Assembly (NCBI GenBank): GCA_963838925.1
Contig: CAWISW010000002.1
Span: forward strand, 256,001-320,000
Direction of reading: 5' to 3'
DNA length: 64,000 nt
Origin: an uncultured Nitrososphaerota archaeon
GTDB taxonomy: Archaea > Thermoproteota > Nitrososphaeria > Nitrososphaerales > Gagatemarchaeaceae
Every line of letters begins with the position of its first letter. Positions within the stretch are counted from its first letter, which is position 1. The notes beneath the pieces are model-generated. The model saw nothing but the letters and a program-made list of their open reading frames with translations. It made no database searches and was not told the DNA's origin. Shown here one piece after another: positions 59,255 to 64,000 of the stretch. A program made the position numbers and the translations under genes.

Positions 59255-59703
59255 TCGATTGCCAGAAGATCAAGCTCTCGTCCGACCAGCTCGGGCTGAT
59301 CTCCATCTTCCAGAACATGAGCGGCGCCACGGTGAGGGACTGCATCGTCGACGACAAGGGAGGCCGCCTGATATTCATCATAAACCGTGGGCAGATGGGG
59401 CTCGCAATCGGGAAGAAGGGAGCCACCATCCAGAACATCGAGAGGGTCGTGAAGAAGCCCGTCGAGGTCGTGGAGTGGTCGGACGACCCAGCGGAGATGA
59501 TACGGAACGCGCTCGACCCCAGGGCTGTCCAAGAGGTCAGGCTGACCGACAAGCTCGATGGCACGAAGAGCATGTCGGTGATAGTCGACCCTCACAGGAA
59601 GGGGGCGGTGCTCGGGAGGGAGGGGAAGAACGCGGAGAAGGTCCGCCTCATCGCGAAGAAATACTTCAACATCTCCACCGTGCAGATAATTACGGCGTTC
59701 TGA
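59251..59703 (+). CDS. nusA: Archaeal NusA
   Basis: GLAIGKKG..I and GAVLGREGKN KH motifs. Confidence 0.93.
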   Translation: MIDCQKIKLSSDQLGLISIFQNMSGATVRDCIVDDKGGRLIFIINRGQMGLAIGKKGATIQNIERVVKKPVEVVEWSDDPAEMIRNALDPRAVQEVRLTDKLDGTKSMSVIVDPHRKGAVLGREGKNAEKVRLIAKKYFNISTVQIITAF

Positions 59704-59748
59704 GCGCCGAACCCTTTTATACACAACGAGGAGCACGACGCTGAACCA

Positions 59749-60177
59749 ATGCCCAGAGGAGAATTCGCGGGTCGTCAGGTGAAGCTCAAGAGGCAGAGGT
59801 TCCGCTGGAGCAACAAGTACTACAAGAGGAAGATCCTCAGGCTCGACGTGAAGGCTGACCCGCTAGAGGGCTCCCCCCAGTCGAGGGGCATCGTGCTGGA
59901 GAAGGTCGGCATCGAGTCGAAGCAGCCCAATTCCGCTATCAGAAAATGCGTCCGCGTCCAGATCGTAAAGAACGGGAAGCAGGTCACCGCCTTCCTCCCC
60001 GGCGACGGCGCGCTCAACTTCGTCGACGAGCACGACGAGGTGACCCTCGAGGGCATCGGGGGCTCCATGAAGCGCGCCATGGGAGACATCCCAGGAGTGA
60101 GATGGCAGGTCTCCAAGGTCAACGGCGTGTCGCTCAACGAGATGGTCTACGGCAGGAAGGAGAAGCCTCGGAGATAG
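59749..60177 (+). CDS. rps12: Ribosomal protein S12
   Basis: [21 protein letters not shown]. Confidence 0.97.
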   Translation: MPRGEFAGRQVKLKRQRFRWSNKYYKRKILRLDVKADPLEGSPQSRGIVLEKVGIESKQPNSAIRKCVRVQIVKNGKQVTAFLPGDGALNFVDEHDEVTLEGIGGSMKRAMGDIPGVRWQVSKVNGVSLNEMVYGRKEKPRR

Positions 60178-60183
60178 GTCGTC

Positions 60184-60792
60184 ATGAGCACCAAGCTGGA
60201 CTATCCTAACCTCCTCCTCTGGAACAAGTGGGACATGACCCACGTCAAGGTCGAGGACCAAGGCCTTGCGAGCGTGATCGACCTCAGGCCGATGCTCATC
60301 CCGCACTCCGGCGGCAGGCACGAGCACCAGAAGTTCTCGAAGACCAAGGTCAACGTCGTGGAGCGCCTCGTGAACCAGCTCATGCACTTTGGGAAGAAGC
60401 ACGCCAAGAACACGGGAAGGATGGGCGGGAAGAAGCAAAAGGCGATGAGCATCGTCCGGACGGCTTTCGAGATAATACAGATCAAGACTGGCGGCAACCC
60501 AGTCCAGTATCTCGTCAAGGCGATCGAGAACTCGTCTCCCAACGAGGACACCACTCGCATGAGCTACGGAGGGGTCGTCTACCACATCTCAGTGGACATA
60601 TCTCCGACGCGAAGGATCGACCTGGCGCTGAGGTCCATATCAGAGGGCGTGCGGGAAGCGTCCTTCGGGACGTCGCGCTCGGTGGAGGAGGTCCTCGCAG
60701 ACGAGATAATCGCGGCGGCAAGCGGCGACTCGAACAGCTTCGCCGTCAAGCGCAAGAACGAGCAAGAAAGAATCGCGATGGCCTCCAGGTAG
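60184..60792 (+). CDS. rps7: Ribosomal protein S7
   Basis: VERLVN, NPVQ.LV.AIEN, SYGG, ERIAMASR. Confidence 0.96.
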   Translation: MSTKLDYPNLLLWNKWDMTHVKVEDQGLASVIDLRPMLIPHSGGRHEHQKFSKTKVNVVERLVNQLMHFGKKHAKNTGRMGGKKQKAMSIVRTAFEIIQIKTGGNPVQYLVKAIENSSPNEDTTRMSYGGVVYHISVDISPTRRIDLALRSISEGVREASFGTSRSVEEVLADEIIAAASGDSNSFAVKRKNEQERIAMASR

Positions 60793-60820
60793 GCGGCCGT
60801 CTGCTGTCTCTGAAAGCAGT

Positions 60821-61549
60821 CTAGGACTTCTCCGTCTCTTTCTTCATGGCCATGCCCCTGAGCTCCTTCTCAAGCTCGGGCGGCTCGGCCGTGGAAGCGG
60901 ACGGAGACAAGAGAAACCCTCGGAATAGCTTGAGCAGCTCGTCCCTCCTCGACGCCAGGAGGCGGTGAGCGAATGTGAAGTCGTGCCTCGGGTCCTTTGC
61001 GACCGGAGGGAGCACCTCGAGCCTCGACGTCCTTATCGCGTCCCTGAGGAGGTAGCCCGCCTTCAGCTGGGTCACGAGGTCGTCCTCCGCCCAGATCACG
61101 AGGCTGGGCTTTCTGACCTTCGAGAGCCTCGAGAGCTGGCCTTTGTCGTAGGTGCTCGCGACGAGGAGGAGGCTCTCTATCGTATCAGGCCACTCTATCG
61201 CAACCTCGAGCGCGACCTGCCCGCCCCACGAATACCCCGCGAGCGCCGCCTTGCCTATCTTCATGGCGTCGAGGAGCTCGTGGACTATCCTCGCCTGCTC
61301 CACGTAGCCCGGCGTCTCGCTGGGGTGCGACGACTTGCCGTACCCTACGAGGTCGGGTATCACGAGCCTGTACTTGTCCGCGAGGCCGACGAAGCCCTCC
61401 CAGTCCCTCCAGCTCGGCTGCCTCTCCTCTCCGTGGAGCATGACCACCACCGGCCCGGCGCCAGCCGTGGCCACGTTGACCTTGTACTCTCCGAGCTCAA
61501 CTACCTTCTCTTCGACCGCGCCTGCGGCCCCCTGCTTCCCTGCGCTCAT
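60821..61549 (-). CDS. Alpha/beta hydrolase
   Basis: LHG, PDLVGYGKS, GYSWGG. Confidence 0.88.
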   Translation of the reverse strand: MSAGKQGAAGAVEEKVVELGEYKVNVATAGAGPVVVMLHGEERQPSWRDWEGFVGLADKYRLVIPDLVGYGKSSHPSETPGYVEQARIVHELLDAMKIGKAALAGYSWGGQVALEVAIEWPDTIESLLLVASTYDKGQLSRLSKVRKPSLVIWAEDDLVTQLKAGYLLRDAIRTSRLEVLPPVAKDPRHDFTFAHRLLASRRDELLKLFRGFLLSPSASTAEPPELEKELRGMAMKKETEKS

Positions 61550-61669
61550 CGTTCCCCTCCAATTTTCTCTTGGTATTATCTCATTCTACTGTGAAAACGC
61601 CCCGCCCACGCTGGAAATTTGACTTTCATACCGTTAATATACCGCCTCGACGCTTTTCCCACAGGAATC

Positions 61670-61834
61670 ATGCCCCAGGAACCCATGAGCTACTTCGGAT
61701 GGCTTATGAACTGCTGCGTGAGCGACGAGCGGTCCTCCGCGGGCGAGAGGCTCACGGCTGCGCTCGTCTTCGCCTCGGGGATGGCGGCGAGCGGGCTCAC
61801 ACTGTACCTGGCAGGCCTCCTCCACATTATCTAG
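61670..61834 (+). CDS. Small protein (54 aa) with CC motif and C-terminal TM helix
   Basis: TTAATATA box about 28 nt before the ATG. Confidence 0.5.
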   Translation: MPQEPMSYFGWLMNCCVSDERSSAGERLTAALVFASGMAASGLTLYLAGLLHII

Positions 61835-61935
61835 CGACGCGGACTTTCGTCTAAGGAATTCGACCTGTGTGTCGAGAAATACTATTCTCGCCCCATTTAC
61901 CAACTCTCCGTCGTATCATGTTTAGGTATCCAATA

Positions 61936-62142
61936 ATGGGACGAAAAATCGTACTGTTCGGATTTTGGTTGGTCGGGTACGCTCTGGGCTTCTTCGCTTG
62001 GCTCGTGAGGGCACCGGTCATCACCTGGGTCATGACCCTCGGTATCAGCGCGGACGTGGCAGGCGCGATGATCACGGGGTTCGCGAGCTCAATCGTGATG
62101 CTGGTCGGCGTGATGCTCTGGAGCTTCCTCTCTAGGCAGTAG
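61936..62142 (+). CDS. Small 2-TM membrane protein
   Basis: 68-aa hydrophobic ORF. Confidence 0.65.
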   Translation: MGRKIVLFGFWLVGYALGFFAWLVRAPVITWVMTLGISADVAGAMITGFASSIVMLVGVMLWSFLSRQ

Positions 62143-62959
62143 TTCCGCCTTCTTCACCCTCTGAAGGAGAAGAGGTCGGGCTACCCGCCGCATCTTTTTG
62201 TTCCTGCTGCGGTTGTCCCTGGTCCCAGACTCCCGGTATCGCACCGGCGTCTTGCGCGGATTCTGCGGCCTCCCGCGCCTGAATCTCTGGCGCTGACCTC
62301 CTCGCCCTCTTCCAGAAGACGAGCGCCCCCGCGAACACGACCGCGAAGGGAATCCACGTCAGGAGCGCATAGACCGGCCCATCTGGCGACGAGCCTGCTA
62401 TCTGGATCTCGCTGACCTCGAAGACCGCCGCGACGCCGAGGACCCCGGCGATCAATATGATGTTGACGACCAGGAACCTCGTCTCCCTGACGAACCTCGC
62501 CCAGCCGACCTTGAACCCGATGTACACCGCATAGATCAGGTAGAGCCCCTCGGCTGCCGCGATCGCGTAGGCGGGGAGCTCCAGCCACGTGCTCGGCAGG
62601 AAGAAGAGATTGCCAAGCGCCAGCCCGACGCTCACTCCCTTTATGACGGCTATCGCCTCGACTATCCTCGCGGTCTCGTAGAGGGACAGACCGAAGATCA
62701 ACAGCCCAAAGGCAGGGATGAGCTCGACGATGGACACCCTGAAGTTGTTGGCGAATATCCCCCCGACCTGACCGACCGCCGACTGGTTCAGCACCGCGGA
62801 GGTGCTGTTGTACTGCTTCTCGTAGGTCGTCAGCTCCGAGGGGAAGAAGGCGGAGTTCGATACCGCCACTATGACCGCGAGCTCGATTACGAAGAGGGCG
62901 GCTATCAGCGGCCAGCGCTTCCCGACGATTATCTTCAGGATGTCGAGGGTGGAAGTCAA
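62132..62959 (-). CDS. SpoIIM-like membrane protein
   Basis: IFANNF, P.TWLELPAY, AAVFE. Confidence 0.8.
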   Translation of the reverse strand: MTSTLDILKIIVGKRWPLIAALFVIELAVIVAVSNSAFFPSELTTYEKQYNSTSAVLNQSAVGQVGGIFANNFRVSIVELIPAFGLLIFGLSLYETARIVEAIAVIKGVSVGLALGNLFFLPSTWLELPAYAIAAAEGLYLIYAVYIGFKVGWARFVRETRFLVVNIILIAGVLGVAAVFEVSEIQIAGSSPDGPVYALLTWIPFAVVFAGALVFWKRARRSAPEIQAREAAESAQDAGAIPGVWDQGQPQQEQKDAAGSPTSSPSEGEEGGTTA

Positions 62960-63386
62960 GTCCTTCGCTTTTCACCAGACCGAGGCGACCCGTCTTGAGG
63001 GCGAGCGAGAACCCGCGAGACACACAGCCGCGAGGCACACGAACTGACTCAAGATGACGCGCCTGTCGCCTCACGCCCGAGCGCTTGGGTATAAGGTTAC
63101 GCAGCGAGAGCTACGAGTTGTGAGCGCGTGGAACTTCGCCAGTCTCGCGCGGGACAAACCGCTCGTGCGCCTTCGAGAGGCCGGTCGGCGGCTCTTGGCC
63201 CCATGCGACCCAGAGTAAGATTGGAGGCAGAAGAGCACCTCAAATCCTCACGAAGGGGCGATTCAATGGGCAAACGGCATTCTGAGGGTCAGTTCTTCCC
63301 CTCCTTGGTTTTCAAAAGCGGTTTCCGACGGCTAAACCTTAAATAATATCTCGAGGGGGTCTTTTCGTATACCGAGTTAATGCGTA

Positions 63387-64000
63387 ATGGCAGACAAACC
63401 ACACCTAAACCTGATTGTTACTGGTCACGTAGACCACGGAAAGAGCACGAGCATGGGTCACTTCCTCTTCGACCTAGGAGCAGTAGACGATAGGACGATC
63501 GAGGAATACGCGAAGGAGAGCGAAAAGACCGGAGCTGGCGACTCGTTCAAGTACGCCTGGGTACTCGACCAGCTGAAGGACGAGAGGGAGAGAGGAGTCA
63601 CAATCGACCTCGCCTTCCAGAAGTTCGAGACTCAGAAGTACTTCTACACGCTCATCGACGCTCCGGGGCACCGCGACTTCATCAAGAACATGATCACAGG
63701 CGCCTCTGAGGCCGACGCCGCGGTCCTGGTCGTGTCCGCAAAGACAGGAGAGAAGGACACCGCGCTTGGCCCAGGCGGCCAGGCGAGGGAGCACGCGTTC
63801 CTTCTGAAGACCCTCGGAGTAAACCAGGTCGTCGTCTGCATCAACAAGATGGACGACCAGACCGTGAAGTACAGCGAGAAGATGTTCAACGACGCAAAGC
63901 AGGACGTCGAGAATCTCCTGAAGGCGTCGGGCTACAACATCACCAAGATCCGCTTCATCCCGGTCTCTGGCTGGACAGGCGAGAACTTGGCCAAGCCGAG
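63387..64000 (+). CDS. tuf: Elongation factor 1-alpha (5' part, runs off the window)
   Basis: MADKPHLNLIVTGHVDHGKST, ERERGVTID, DAPGHRDF, NKMD; TATA-like CTTAAATA at about 63338. Confidence 0.97.
   Translation, partial: MADKPHLNLIVTGHVDHGKSTSMGHFLFDLGAVDDRTIEEYAKESEKTGAGDSFKYAWVLDQLKDERERGVTIDLAFQKFETQKYFYTLIDAPGHRDFIKNMITGASEADAAVLVVSAKTGEKDTALGPGGQAREHAFLLKTLGVNQVVVCINKMDDQTVKYSEKMFNDAKQDVENLLKASGYNITKIRFIPVSGWTGENLAKP

Noticed and set aside
63000-63340. RNase P or SRP RNA upstream of tuf
   Set aside because: I could not find the GAGGAAAGUCC/P4 partner or the SRP helix-8 motif on either strand
1-64000. Many long antisense or alternative-frame ORFs (e.g. 11662-12774, 12771-13973, 21567-22943, 57328-58686)
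   Set aside because: Shadow ORFs expected from high GC3; they overlap well-supported genes and carry no motifs
1-64000. CRISPR array, transposase, integrase, rRNA
   Set aside because: No repeat-spacer periodicity or recognisable signatures seen

Overview
GC-rich (roughly 60-65% by eye) archaeal chromosome segment, most likely from the Nitrososphaerota (Thaumarchaeota). The evidence is a fused RpoA'/A'', an unsplit RpoB, a Ser-type thaumarchaeosortase and a chorismate mutase-aminotransferase fusion; a non-ammonia-oxidising lineage is an inference from GC and gene content. The window holds a complete trpEGDCFBA operon converging on an ~11.4 kb aromatic super-operon (lysC-asd-aroA'-aroB'-aroD-aroE-aroK-aroA-aroC-CM/AT-tyrA). 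It also holds a GT2 and a thaumarchaeosortase, pyrBI, a five-gene glycan-modification operon, a sulfite-oxidase-family enzyme, an S9 peptidase, a PadR/SHOCT pair, an iron islet (FTR1, VIT1, VirB4 remnant) at tRNA-Leu(TAG), CBS/CGL, kdpABC, aconitase, rpoH-B-A-rpl30e-nusA-rps12-rps7 and the start of EF-1alpha. The most novel signals are three short ORFs absent from the ORF track. (1) A leaderless uORF crosses the trpE start with a single Trp codon in a UUU-UGG context, where a +1 slip enters the TrpE frame (candidate Trp-starvation frameshift sensor). (2) A Phe/Tyr-rich leader peptide with a hairpin that could occlude the Shine-Dalgarno site lies ahead of the aromatic operon (candidate ribosome-mediated attenuation in an archaeon). 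(3) A 39-aa hydrophobic peptide converges on a tandem-Lrp regulator (candidate peptide signalling pair). All three mechanisms are hypotheses drawn from the sequence alone.
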